The notes under the pieces: generated by a model
Seen by the model: the letters and a program-made list of their open reading frames with translations, nothing else
What the model was told of the DNA's origin: nothing
Database searches by the model: none
Made by a program: the position numbers and the translations under genes
Part shown: positions 1-9,171 of the stretch, piece by piece
Layout: every line of letters begins with the position of its first letter
How positions within the stretch are numbered: the first letter of the stretch is position 1
Assembly: GCA_964499705.1 (NCBI GenBank)
Contig: CAZCME010000007.1
Coordinates: forward strand, 62,001 to 126,000
DNA length: 64,000 bases
Direction: 5' to 3'
Origin: an uncultured bacterium
Lineage (GTDB): Bacteria > UBA8481

Positions 1-306
1 TCCCGTGAAGCGGCAGAAATCCGCAAGTTGTTGAAGCTCGCTTTCATCGAGCTCCCACTCCTTGATCATCTCCAGTTGCGGCCGCGTCCCGCAGTTCCGC
101 GCCTGGTATTCCGCCTGTCCGGCCTCCGAGCTTGCCAGAAGTTCAGGTTGGAAGATCTGGAACTTCACCAGATCGGCGCCGCTTTTCTTCGCCGCCATAA
201 CCAGTTCCTGCGCCAGCGCAAGCTCCCCGTTGTGATTGACGCCCGCTTCCGCGATGACAAATGTTCGGCACGGATCGATGACGCGGTTCCAGATCTCGCT
301 CGTCAT
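1..306 (-). CDS. N-acetylneuraminate synthase family protein (NeuB/PseI/LegI), 5' part; runs off the window
   Basis: Not in the ORF track. Manual translation gives [50 protein letters not shown] (IAEAGxNHNG and GADxVKFQ motifs). ATGA overlap with the radC stop. Confidence 0.9.
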   Translation of the reverse strand, partial: MTSEIWNRVIDPCRTFVIAEAGVNHNGELALAQELVMAAKKSGADLVKFQIFQPELLASSEAGQAEYQARNCGTRPQLEMIKEWELDESELQQLADFCRFTG

Positions 307-965
307 CCGATCAGCCCGTGCGCCCGGAAACTGAAGAACGTCTTCGGCGTGAGGATCACGTGATCGAGCACGGATATCCCGAGCAGTTCGCCCGCATCGC
401 AGAGTTTCTTCGTGATCTTCCGGTCCCGGGCGCTGGGACGGGCTTCGCCGGAGGGATGATTATGCGCAAGAATGATTCCTGCGGCTCGATCCTTCAGGGG
501 ATCGGCGAAGACTTCGCGCGGATGGATGGAGGTCGCGTTCAGGAGGCCGATCGTCACGACGCGGCACTCGATCACTTCTCCCGCGCCGTTCATGGAGACG
601 CAGACGAGATACTCCTGCTGCTTCGATGCTATGAAGGAGATGTGCGGCAGGATGTCGGCGGGCTTCGCGATCTTCGCGCCGTTTGTCGGAAGTCGGCGGC
701 GCGCCCATTCGCGGGCGGCCAGGATGAGACAGGCCTTGGCCGGTCCCAGCCCCTCGACGGACTGGAGCTCCTTCCAGGTCAGTTCGCCGCCCGAGGCTTC
801 GACTTTCCTGCGGATGGCGTCGGCAAGTTTCATGACCGGAACCTTCGTGGTGCCCGAGCCGAGCAGCACGGCGATGAGCTCCGTGTCCGACAGGGATTCC
901 GCACCCTTCCGGATGAGTTTCTCCCGCGGCCGGTCGATTTCAGGAATGCTCGCTATGCGGCGCAT
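303..965 (-). CDS. radC: RadC family JAB-domain protein
   Basis: [18 protein letters not shown]-terminus; HPREVF; HNHPSG..PS..D; VLDHVI. Confidence 0.95.
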   Translation of the reverse strand: MRRIASIPEIDRPREKLIRKGAESLSDTELIAVLLGSGTTKVPVMKLADAIRRKVEASGGELTWKELQSVEGLGPAKACLILAAREWARRRLPTNGAKIAKPADILPHISFIASKQQEYLVCVSMNGAGEVIECRVVTIGLLNATSIHPREVFADPLKDRAAGIILAHNHPSGEARPSARDRKITKKLCDAGELLGISVLDHVILTPKTFFSFRAHGLIG

Positions 966-1046
966 CGGGTGTCAGGCTACCACATGGCCCCATGAAGCCG
1001 TGACAAAATTCGACACTCGATTGTTGTATGCCACAGCCTGACCCCG
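966..1046. repeat. Imperfect terminal-inverted-repeat element filling the intergenic space
   Basis: cgggtgtcaggct (966-978) versus agcctgaccccg (1035-1046). Confidence 0.55.
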
Positions 1047-1047
1047 C

Positions 1048-1533
1048 CTATCTCAGCGGGTAGCCTTCTTCTTTCAGGGTCTCATTCACATCGCGGACCA
1101 TGGACACCCAGAGCGGAACGACGGAGGATGAATCGGCGGCGCCCTCCCAGTGGTATTCGCCGACGGTCCGGATGCCGCGGGTCAGGCGCGCGTTGATGCG
1201 GATCTCGTTCCCCTTGACCCAGTATTCTCCGACGAGGTTATGCCGGGCATCCTGCGCGGACGGCGCGGCAATGGCCTTCCGGCGCCACCCGTGCAGAAAA
1301 AACTCGGACATGGCCGAGGCCATCCATTCGTGCTTCTCCGTCCCCTTCCACATCCGAAACGGCTCGACGTACACCAGCATCTTCTCCTCGCGTGCCGGAT
1401 CCGGCGCCTGCATCTTCACCGCGCCGGGTGCGCGGCACGACGACAGGATCCCGGCCAGGATCACAAGAAGGGCGATGGCGAACGTCGGTTTCATGGGGCA
1501 GAACACATTATCATAACGCGTGATGGACATCAC
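1048..1533 (-). CDS. Hypothetical lipoprotein, possibly TolB-N/CsgG/FlgO-like fold; start may be 1494 (MKPTF)
   Basis: Hydrophobic stretch ending ILSSC (lipobox-like); GEYWVKGNEIRINARL segment; lies within a minus-strand operon. Confidence 0.6.
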   Translation of the reverse strand: MMSITRYDNVFCPMKPTFAIALLVILAGILSSCRAPGAVKMQAPDPAREEKMLVYVEPFRMWKGTEKHEWMASAMSEFFLHGWRRKAIAAPSAQDARHNLVGEYWVKGNEIRINARLTRGIRTVGEYHWEGAADSSSVVPLWVSMVRDVNETLKEEGYPLR

Positions 1534-2495
1534 GCGTTTTTCAGGGCATCGGGGGGTGTTTTTCCACGGAATGCGGCCTCGATATTAAGGGCGCATCTCC
1601 CCGCCATCGCAGTCCTGCTCTCAGTTGTCGCCGATCCGAGATGAGGAGCCAGGACAACATTTTCCAGGTCGAAGAGCGCGGGATGGATGACCGGTTCCTT
1701 CTCGTAAACATCCAACCCGGCCGCGGCGATTCGTTTTTCCCGCAGCGCCTCGGCGAGCGCGGACTCGTCGATGACCGCGCCTCGGCCGGTGTTGACGAGA
1801 ATCGCTGACGATTTCATCAGACGGATCTTCTCCGCGGACAGAATTCCGGATGTCCCGGGATTTTTCGGGAGGTGAATCGAGAGGATATCGGAGCGGGATA
1901 GCAACGCGTCCAGATCGCATCGCGTCGCCTTCGTATCGCGCTCGAATTCGAGTTTCCTGTTCCGCGCGAAATAGAGAAGCGTCACTCCAAAGCCGAGGCC
2001 CATCCGCCCGAAAGCCTGCCCGATCCGGCCGGCACCCAGGATACCGACGGTCTTGCCGGAAATGGCCGATCCGACAAGCTGGGCCGGATCCCAGCCTGTC
2101 CATTTTCCGGCGCGCACGAGCCGCTCTCCTTCGCCGATGCGGCGCGCCGCCGCGAAGACGAGCGCCCACGCCATCTCCGCCGTCGCGTCCGTCAGGACAT
2201 CCGGCGTGTTGGTGGCGTGAATCTCCGCGCGCGATGCCGCGGCCACATCGATGTTGTCGTAACCGACGGCGTAGTTGGCGACAATCTTCAAGGGCCCGCC
2301 TTTCGCCGCCTGGAAAACTTCCGCATCAAAACGATCCGACAGCATCGCGACAATGGCGTCGTATTCCCGGATCGCGGACAGCAGCGCGGCGCGATCGAGC
2401 CCGTTCTCCACGGTAACGGACCATTCCTCCCTACCAAGCGCCTCCAGCGCTGAAGGAATCAGCCGGCGGGTGACGAGAATCTTCTTTCGGTTCAT
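1530..2495 (-). CDS. D-isomer-specific 2-hydroxyacid dehydrogenase (glyoxylate/hydroxypyruvate reductase type)
   Basis: AVGYDNID, NTPDVLTDATAE, GAGRIG, VNTGRG, AGLDVYEKEP, PHLGSAT. Confidence 0.93.
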   Translation of the reverse strand: MNRKKILVTRRLIPSALEALGREEWSVTVENGLDRAALLSAIREYDAIVAMLSDRFDAEVFQAAKGGPLKIVANYAVGYDNIDVAAASRAEIHATNTPDVLTDATAEMAWALVFAAARRIGEGERLVRAGKWTGWDPAQLVGSAISGKTVGILGAGRIGQAFGRMGLGFGVTLLYFARNRKLEFERDTKATRCDLDALLSRSDILSIHLPKNPGTSGILSAEKIRLMKSSAILVNTGRGAVIDESALAEALREKRIAAAGLDVYEKEPVIHPALFDLENVVLAPHLGSATTESRTAMAGRCALNIEAAFRGKTPPDALKNA

Positions 2496-3199
2496 GCGGG
2501 CGCGCCTTCAAGAAGAACGCGAGCATGATGAAAGACGCCATGCCACATCGCGCGCGTCAACCTCCCGGTATTGGTGTTCTGCCGGCTGGGATGGAACGAG
2601 GAGATGAGGACACGGCCATCCGGAAGCCGGCTCGCGTTATCGTGCCGAAACGGCGGACGCTCCGACACCTTCATTGTCCGCCAGTATCCCGCCGCGCGCA
2701 AAAAATTCTCATGCGCGATGCGTCCGAGCACGACGATGACCCGCAGCTTTTTCAACAACGCCAGCTCCGCCGCCAGGTAGGCGCGGCAATCCTCCAGTTC
2801 ATCGAGCGAGGGCTTGTTGTCCGGCGGAGCGCAACGCGCCGCGGCTGTGATGTAGCAGTCGTTCAATTTCATGCCGTCATCCCGCGAAACCGAATGCGGC
2901 TGCGAAGCGAATCCGAACCGGTGCAGCGCTTCGTACAGCCAGTCGCCGCTCGAATCGCCCGTGAAGATTCTCCCGGTCCGATTGCCGCCGTGCGCCGCGG
3001 GAGCCAGTCCCACGACAAAGAGCCGCGCGCCGGGATCTCCGAATCCCGGGACCGGCCGCCCCCAGTAGTCCCAGTCGGCGAATTCGCGTTTCCGTTTCCG
3101 GGAGACATCCCGACAATACGATCTCAACCGCGAGCAGCGATCGCAATCGATAACCGCCTTCTGAATTTCCTGAACGCTTTTCCATTCCAAATCCGGCAT
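2492..3199 (-). CDS. Uracil-DNA glycosylase, family 5 (UdgB type) with Fe-S cysteines
   Basis: CxxCxxL; GLAPAAHGGNRTGRIFTGD; CAPPDNKP; HPSRQNTNTG. Confidence 0.93.
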   Translation of the reverse strand: MPDLEWKSVQEIQKAVIDCDRCSRLRSYCRDVSRKRKREFADWDYWGRPVPGFGDPGARLFVVGLAPAAHGGNRTGRIFTGDSSGDWLYEALHRFGFASQPHSVSRDDGMKLNDCYITAAARCAPPDNKPSLDELEDCRAYLAAELALLKKLRVIVVLGRIAHENFLRAAGYWRTMKVSERPPFRHDNASRLPDGRVLISSFHPSRQNTNTGRLTRAMWHGVFHHARVLLEGAPA

Positions 3200-3205
3200 G
3201 ATTCC

Positions 3206-3237
3206 ATCGTCAATCGTCCGCCGTAAATCGTCAATCG
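3206..3237. repeat. 7-nt-period intergenic tract (ATCGTCA-type)
   Basis: ATCGTCA ATCGTCC GCCGTAA ATCGTCA ATCG. Confidence 0.6.
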
Positions 3238-3239
3238 AT

Positions 3240-3268
3240 TTGCCTTATCGCCCGAAAGCACCCATAAT
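3240..3268 (+). promoter_or_regulatory. Putative sigma70 promoter of glpX
   Basis: TTGCCT-N17-CATAAT, followed by an AGGAGA SD before ATG 3302. Confidence 0.55.
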
Positions 3269-3301
3269 CCGGGGCAGCTCATTACCTCTCAGGAGAAACC
3301 G

Positions 3302-4621
3302 ATGCTAGAAGCGAATCACCCCGACCAGTCCATTCCCGTTGAAATGATGCTGAAGGCCGGCCCGATCGAGAATCTCCGCGCCGTCGACGTGACCCGCACC
3401 GCCGCCATCGCGGTCAGGCCCTGGGTCGGCCGCGGTGACAAGAAGTCCGCCGACGCCGCCGCGGTCCACGCGATGCGGAGAATGCTGAACGACGACATCG
3501 AGATCCGCGGCACGGTGGTGATCGGCGAGGGCGAACGCGACGAGGCTCCGATGCTCTACATCGGAGAGGAAGTCGGCAAGTTCCGGCGTCTGACGGTGCA
3601 GGAGCTTCTGGAGAAAGGCGTCCTGGACAGGGCTCCCGACGGCCTGCATCACTACGAGAAGCTGACTCGCGAGATGCTCGTGGATCTGAAGGTCCTCAAT
3701 ACGCTCCGGAAGCAGAAGATGCCGGAAGAGAGGTGGATGAACGACGATGAGCTCCGCGAGCTCGGGATCTGCGTCGTCGACATCGCCACCGATCCTCTCG
3801 AAGGCACGACTCCCGCCGCCTACAACAACGCCGGAGCCGTCACGGTCATGGCGATGGCGGAGCGCGGCACCGTCCTCCATGCGCCCGATATGTACATGGA
3901 GAAGCTCTGCGTCGGATCCAATGCCGTCGGGGTCATCTCCATCAACGACTCGATCGAGGACCGGATCCGGAAACTCCAGCGCGTCCTCGGCCGGACGTCG
4001 CCGCATGACATCAACATCGCGGTGATGAACCGCGGCCGGAGCCTGAAGCTCATCGAGATGATCCGGGAGGTCGGCGCCACGGTGAAGCTGATCGATGACG
4101 GCGACCTGATGCGCGGCATCGCGTCCGCCATTCGAGGCTCCCAGATCCATGCGCTCATGGGAATCGGCGCCGCGCCCGAGGGAGTCCTGACCGCGATCGC
4201 GATCAATGCGCTCGGCGGGGAGCTACAGGCCAGGCTCGTCTCCCGAAACGTCAATCATACGAACGTGAACGAGAACGGGGAGCTCGTAGGCAAGGGCGAC
4301 GAGGGAGCCATTGACAATCGGAACGCCTTCCGATTTTCGCCGGACGAAAAGGAACGGATGCGACGGATGAAGATACCTGACGTGGAAAAAGTCCTCCGCG
4401 GCGAAAAGATCTTCACCGCATCGGATCTCTGTTCCGCAAACGACGCTGTCTTCTGCGCCACGGGCGTCACGACCGGCGAAGTCCTGAAGGGTGTGCGCGT
4501 CTTCCCGGGCGGCGCCGTCACCGACTCCCTGAAGATCGGTTTCTCCGGAATCGTTCACACGCTCCGGTCGATCTACATCAAGGACAAGAAGAAGACCCCG
4601 ATCAGGATGGATCTGGCCTGA
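3302..4621 (+). CDS. glpX: Class II fructose-1,6-bisphosphatase (possibly FBP/SBPase) with insertions
   Basis: VVIGEGERDEAPMLYIGE, DPLEGT, APDMYMEK, DGD, GIGAAPEGV, ATGVTTG. Confidence 0.92.
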   Translation: MLEANHPDQSIPVEMMLKAGPIENLRAVDVTRTAAIAVRPWVGRGDKKSADAAAVHAMRRMLNDDIEIRGTVVIGEGERDEAPMLYIGEEVGKFRRLTVQELLEKGVLDRAPDGLHHYEKLTREMLVDLKVLNTLRKQKMPEERWMNDDELRELGICVVDIATDPLEGTTPAAYNNAGAVTVMAMAERGTVLHAPDMYMEKLCVGSNAVGVISINDSIEDRIRKLQRVLGRTSPHDINIAVMNRGRSLKLIEMIREVGATVKLIDDGDLMRGIASAIRGSQIHALMGIGAAPEGVLTAIAINALGGELQARLVSRNVNHTNVNENGELVGKGDEGAIDNRNAFRFSPDEKERMRRMKIPDVEKVLRGEKIFTASDLCSANDAVFCATGVTTGEVLKGVRVFPGGAVTDSLKIGFSGIVHTLRSIYIKDKKKTPIRMDLA

Positions 4622-4673
4622 TTGCAATGATGAAGCAGGTCGCCCTACTTCGAAATCGCTGAACTCCTTCTCT

Positions 4674-4682
4674 TGTGGATAA
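4674..4682 (-). promoter_or_regulatory. Single consensus DnaA box
   Basis: TGTGGATAA is the reverse complement of TTATCCACA. Confidence 0.4.
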
Positions 4683-4706
4683 CTTTCACAAGGCTGGATT
4701 TTCCCT

Positions 4707-4734
4707 TTGACAGTGTACATTTTGACACTATCAT
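4707..4734 (+). promoter_or_regulatory. Putative sigma70 promoter of the outer-membrane protein gene
   Basis: TTGACA-N16-TATCAT. Confidence 0.6.
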
Positions 4735-4801
4735 CACCCGGTTTTTCAATCTCAAAGTGTCATCGTGAATCCAATCTGGAGCGATGAAGGAGGAGTCCGA
4801 T

Positions 4802-5518
4802 ATGAAGAAAGTACTGGCAATCGCAATCATCGGGGGCGTCGCGGCCTCCGCCGCACTTGCAGGCCCCATGGGTCCGGTCAAACCGACTCAGGGACGATGG
4901 GGGCTCGAATTCGAAGTCTCCGCCGATCAACGGGACATGGAAGCATCCGGTAACCGCGCCAACAAGCGCGAGAACGACATGCTGAACTTTCTCGGCCGGG
5001 CCAGCTATGGTCTGACCGACAAGGTGGAAGTCTCGGTTCGTCTCGGCGGAGCCGACCTCGAAATCGAGGACAAGGCGGACGTGAACACGACCGTCACGCA
5101 GTATGACGGAAAGAGCGAATTCGCATGGGGCGTTGCCATCGGCGCGATCCTCTACGACGCGGGCACATGGAACATCGGCGTCTCCGGTAACTACCTTTCT
5201 CACTCCGGCCATGCCGGTTCCGGCAGTTTCACCGGCGGCTCGACAGCCAACGATATCGACTATGCGGATTGGAACATCGGCGGCCAGCTCCAGGGCAAGT
5301 ACGACCAGTTCCTCCCCTACGTCGGCATCAAGTATTCGGATGCGCGCACCAGCTACAACAGCGTTGCGGGAGCGGCGGCAGCCGATGACGAGGCTGACGA
5401 CAACTTCGGCGTGTACATCGGAGCCGGCTGGGATCTCTCCCCGCAGTGGTCCGGCTACTTCGAAGGCCGTTTCGTCGACGAGACATCGTTCGGCGGCGGA
5501 GTTCGCTACACGTTCTGA
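4802..5518 (+). CDS. Outer-membrane beta-barrel protein
   Basis: AGGAGGAG SD; signal peptide MKKVLAIAII..ALA; alternating beta strands; C-terminal GVRYTF. Confidence 0.8.
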   Translation: MKKVLAIAIIGGVAASAALAGPMGPVKPTQGRWGLEFEVSADQRDMEASGNRANKRENDMLNFLGRASYGLTDKVEVSVRLGGADLEIEDKADVNTTVTQYDGKSEFAWGVAIGAILYDAGTWNIGVSGNYLSHSGHAGSGSFTGGSTANDIDYADWNIGGQLQGKYDQFLPYVGIKYSDARTSYNSVAGAAAADDEADDNFGVYIGAGWDLSPQWSGYFEGRFVDETSFGGGVRYTF

Positions 5519-5533
5519 TCTGAATCTTCACAG

Positions 5534-5571
5534 CGCCCCGCTCTCCCACAGGAGGGCGGGGCGTTTTTTTT
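5534..5571 (+). terminator. Rho-independent terminator
   Basis: cgccccgctctcc-caca-ggagggcggggcg followed by T8. Confidence 0.85.
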
Positions 5572-5606
5572 GCCCTTCACGCGTTGTTTTTGTTAGCATT
5601 CCCCGG

Positions 5607-6716
5607 ATGAATCATCTTCGCATCCCCTGCCTCACCGTCCTCATCCTGGTTTCCATCTTCCCGGCAAGTGCGGACCTCACTCATACGGTCGCTCCGGGTG
5701 AAACTCTCTCTTCCCTCGCGGAACGATACCTCGGCAATTTCAACGCCTATTCCCGCATCGCGCGGGCGAATGGAATCGAGGCGCCTTATGCGCTCCGCAT
5801 AGGCCAGAAGCTGCGCATCCCGACCGACACCGGCTCGCCAAAGGCATCGCCCGTCCGCGACACCGCGCCGGCTCGCTCTCCGGGCATTCCCGTTCCTCCT
5901 TCGCCTGCGGTCGTCAAAGCTCCTCCGCCGGAAATCGAGATCGAAGAACAGGAGCTTGTCCTCATAGACGTTCTGGGTTACGTCGAGAAGATGAGGAGCG
6001 GCGCCGTCGACACGATCGCGCGCGGAGAAAAGCTTCGTCCCGGAGATTCCCTGAGGACCGCTCCGGCTTCGCATGCGCTCCTGTCGGGAATGAACGGCGA
6101 ACGGTTCGTCCTCGGCCCGTCAACGACTGCGGTCATCCAGGAACTCTCCGCGACCTACTCCGACCGCCGCATCGTCGTCCGGATCGACCAAGGCCAGCTC
6201 GGATTCAGCGTGCCCGAGATCCCCTTCCTCTCCCGCTACCTCTTCGAAACGCCGACGGGAGCGGTCAGCACGCGGTTCGGATCGCTGCAGCTTGTCGTGC
6301 GTCCTCCTGAATTCACGAGCGTCTCCGTCTTCGACGGAAAGGCTCAAGCCCAGGTCCCGATGGGCTCCGTCGACCTGGACGCGGGAACGGGAGCGGTGCT
6401 CCGCACGATGGAGCAAGCGCCGGTGCCTCAACCGTTGCCGCCGAGGCCGGGTCTCTCCGTCGAAACATCCGCGACGATGATCATCCTCGCCGCCGCCGCG
6501 CGCCCCGGGCAGAACATCGCCTTCGACGTCTTCTCCGATGGAAATTACCAGCGCCTCTTCGCCTCCAAGACCGTGCCCACGGATGCCACGGGCGTCGCGC
6601 TGACGCGGATCGATCTTCCGTCCTCGCTCTTCTGGATCCGGTCCCGCGCCGTCGACATGAACGGACTCTCCGGCGAAGCCGCCTTCGCCGGACCGGTCAT
6701 GCCGTCGAGGAATTAG
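5607..6716 (+). CDS. Secreted LysM + FecR-like domain protein
   Basis: Signal peptide from ATG 5607; HTVAPGETLSSLAERYLG..IARANGI..LRIGQKLRIP (LysM); Pro-rich linker; LRPGDSLRT..ETPTGAVSTR..VSVFDG (FecR-like). Confidence 0.8.
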   Translation: MNHLRIPCLTVLILVSIFPASADLTHTVAPGETLSSLAERYLGNFNAYSRIARANGIEAPYALRIGQKLRIPTDTGSPKASPVRDTAPARSPGIPVPPSPAVVKAPPPEIEIEEQELVLIDVLGYVEKMRSGAVDTIARGEKLRPGDSLRTAPASHALLSGMNGERFVLGPSTTAVIQELSATYSDRRIVVRIDQGQLGFSVPEIPFLSRYLFETPTGAVSTRFGSLQLVVRPPEFTSVSVFDGKAQAQVPMGSVDLDAGTGAVLRTMEQAPVPQPLPPRPGLSVETSATMIILAAAARPGQNIAFDVFSDGNYQRLFASKTVPTDATGVALTRIDLPSSLFWIRSRAVDMNGLSGEAAFAGPVMPSRN

Positions 6717-9062
6717 ATGGCCTCTCAGACGCTCACGGTCGAACCGGGGCAGTTTCTTTTTCTCCAGGGCCAGCCCAGCGCGTCGTTCTACATCCTGAAG
6801 AAAGGCATCGCGGAAGTGCTCGTCACGAACGAGCTCGACATGCCGACGGAACAGGAAGTCCTCTCGCACGCGCGGCGTGTCGCGCTCCTGGACAAGCCCA
6901 ACATCCCGATCGGCGAGATCGGTGTCTACGAAGGAACGGGCCGTTCCGCGTCCATCCGCGCGCTCGACCGGTGCGAACTTGTCGAGGTCGCCGGAGGCCG
7001 CCAGGCGCTCCAGGACTGGGTGCGCGGCAATCTCCAGGCCGGGCTTCTCATCGCCCGGACGCTTGTCGCGCGCATTCTCGACAACCACAAGAGATGGCAT
7101 CGGGTGTATATCCTCACGAACCGCATGCGCGTCTACATCGAGAACTTCACTATGCTCTACTCCATATTCAGCACGCGCCACGAGGCGGGCACGCCGTTCG
7201 CCAACCAGGTGGCTCTCGGTCGCGAGCTCATCGCCAAGCTCGATCAGACGACGCCGCCGAATCTTTCGAACGTCGAACGCAACGTGCCCGACGAGAATTC
7301 TCCCTTGCCGCAGAACGAGCCCTTCGCGGAGCTCGAGCTGGCGTACTTCTTCCAAATTCTCCTCTTTCAGCCCGATCGAAACCTGGAGTGGGTCATAGCG
7401 CCGACTCAGCCGCATGCGCTGACGTATATCACGAGCCGGCTGACGGAAATCCTCCCGAAGCTTTCCAAGATCCTGCACGTGGAGATGCGGAAGCTGGAGA
7501 TGACCGTCGATGCGCTCTTCGGCACCGAGGGCCTTGTCCAGGCCTATGTCCAGATGGTCTCGCATCTCTCTCCGGACCAGCGCGAATCGGCTCTGCCGTA
7601 CGTCAACCGACTCTCGACCGTCGCGCGGGACATGCGCGAGAGCGTCACGGCGATGTGGGGCGACACGTTCCCGAAGCTGAAGGAACTCGATACCGAGATC
7701 AACGCGCTCCAGAGCGCCGCGACGGGCGCGTCCCAGGTCATGGCCGCGTCCGCGCAGCAATCGGCGCCGACGCGCGTGGATATGTCCGAGGCGATGAACC
7801 TGCCGGCTGCTCTCGACAGCCTCGTCTTTTCCAACGCGGAGAAGGAAGCGCTGGCCATCTGCATGGGAACGGTGAAAGCCGAGCCGAAGTCCGCCTACTC
7901 GTCCTTCTGGAAGCTGTATCCCCGGCTGTGGCAGTGCACGCTCGGGAAGCACATGCCGGAGCTCATGGCCTTCCTGCGGTACGGCATCGCGTGCCCGGAG
8001 CCCTGGTCGAAGCCGCCGGGAATGGATCTGAACATCCCGATCGGCGGCCCCATCATCTTCGCCGATCAGTGGCTGCATAAGATCTACAGCAGCGAGTCGC
8101 CGCCGTCCCGGAACGACCTGGGGCAGACGATGCAGGAGGTGCTCCGCGAGAGCAAGCAGACGCAATACGCGCCGGACGAACCGGATCCGCACATGGATCC
8201 CGTCCGGTTCGAGATCGACATGATGCTGTCCCGCGCCGCGCGAGCCTTCTCCGGAGGACGCGGCGAGCTGGCGACGATCCGGAGGACGCCCGCCGAAATT
8301 CAGGAGCACGTCGACAAGACCGTCTCGACGGCGCGGATCGCGGAGGCGCTCGTCAAGCTCCTGCAGATCGACTTCACGGCCTTCATCCGCGATGTGCGCG
8401 TGCTGCTGGAGGAACGCTCGGAATTTCTCCCTGCGGAAGTACTGCCGTATGTCATCATCATTCCCTCGGGCGGCGAGCGGGCGATCTGCTGGCAGGAGTT
8501 CGAAGGCCGCGCCAAGGACACTCCGGGCCGGATCTGCTTCCCCCTCCTGTCCGAGAGCGACGTCTTCGACACCGTCATCCTCGCGACGGCCAAGTATCGA
8601 TGGGATCTCGCGAAGTCGGTTGCCGGAGCGGACTGGATGAATCCCGCGGACGGCGGCATGACGGGGCGCTATTTCGATTACTCCTCCTTCTATAAGAAGA
8701 ATCCGGAACTCTCCGACGACCAGAAGGCGAAACTCGACGCGATCTATTCCAAGGCCGCCATGGATGCCGACCGGTACGCGGCGGAATATGCGATGTGGGT
8801 GAAGGGGGAATCCCAGGGCATCCAGAAGCTGAACAAGATCGCGCGCACGATCTTCGCGGAGTTCGTGCCGTTCACGTTCGAGATCCGGCAGAGGCTCGTG
8901 AAGCAGCCCGCCTTCCAGGAGATCCTGCGGAAGGATTCGAACAAGAGACTGAGGAAACGGCAGGAACTGGAGCGGCGCATCTACGCGCTCGAAAAGAAGG
9001 GCGTCGCGGTGGGAACGACATTCGATACGGCGCTGCGTATCAACGAAGTCCTTCCGGAATGA
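6717..9062 (+). CDS. Large cyclic-nucleotide-binding domain protein with an unassigned C-terminal region
   Basis: N-terminal PGQFLFLQGQ..FYILKKG..V and PIGEIG..RSASIRA (cNMP cassette); 781 aa; abuts the upstream stop. Confidence 0.8.
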   Translation: MASQTLTVEPGQFLFLQGQPSASFYILKKGIAEVLVTNELDMPTEQEVLSHARRVALLDKPNIPIGEIGVYEGTGRSASIRALDRCELVEVAGGRQALQDWVRGNLQAGLLIARTLVARILDNHKRWHRVYILTNRMRVYIENFTMLYSIFSTRHEAGTPFANQVALGRELIAKLDQTTPPNLSNVERNVPDENSPLPQNEPFAELELAYFFQILLFQPDRNLEWVIAPTQPHALTYITSRLTEILPKLSKILHVEMRKLEMTVDALFGTEGLVQAYVQMVSHLSPDQRESALPYVNRLSTVARDMRESVTAMWGDTFPKLKELDTEINALQSAATGASQVMAASAQQSAPTRVDMSEAMNLPAALDSLVFSNAEKEALAICMGTVKAEPKSAYSSFWKLYPRLWQCTLGKHMPELMAFLRYGIACPEPWSKPPGMDLNIPIGGPIIFADQWLHKIYSSESPPSRNDLGQTMQEVLRESKQTQYAPDEPDPHMDPVRFEIDMMLSRAARAFSGGRGELATIRRTPAEIQEHVDKTVSTARIAEALVKLLQIDFTAFIRDVRVLLEERSEFLPAEVLPYVIIIPSGGERAICWQEFEGRAKDTPGRICFPLLSESDVFDTVILATAKYRWDLAKSVAGADWMNPADGGMTGRYFDYSSFYKKNPELSDDQKAKLDAIYSKAAMDADRYAAEYAMWVKGESQGIQKLNKIARTIFAEFVPFTFEIRQRLVKQPAFQEILRKDSNKRLRKRQELERRIYALEKKGVAVGTTFDTALRINEVLPE

Positions 9063-9068
9063 GGCATG

Positions 9069-9171
9069 GGGGGACATTCTCCAACATTCCAACATTCGGA
9101 ATGAAGGAGTTACGCCCTAGGAATCGTAAGTATCTGAATTATCAATGTTGGAATGTTGGAGAATGTCCCCC
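9069..9171. repeat. Perfect 28-bp inverted repeat with 47-bp spacer (MITE/REP-like)
   Basis: gggggacattctccaacattccaacatt (9069-9096) and aatgttggaatgttggagaatgtccccc (9144-9171). Confidence 0.9.

Noticed and set aside
303-965. radC as a mobile-element marker
   Set aside because: Full-length chromosomal type embedded in a housekeeping operon, with no mobility genes nearby.
3578-3775. GlpX insertion as an intein
   Set aside because: No N-terminal Cys/Ser block or C-terminal HN-C/S/T, and it is too short.
4620-4780. Possible replication origin
   Set aside because: Only one clear DnaA box, and no dnaA/dnaN context.
5103-5606. N-terminal extension of the 537-aa ORF
   Set aside because: Overlaps the OMP gene and its terminator; the signal peptide begins at ATG 5607.
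6120-9095. 991-aa minus-strand ORF starting MLECWRMSP, the same start as ORF 9145..10107
   Set aside because: Antisense shadow of real high-GC genes; the identical N-terminus comes from the 28-bp inverted repeat.
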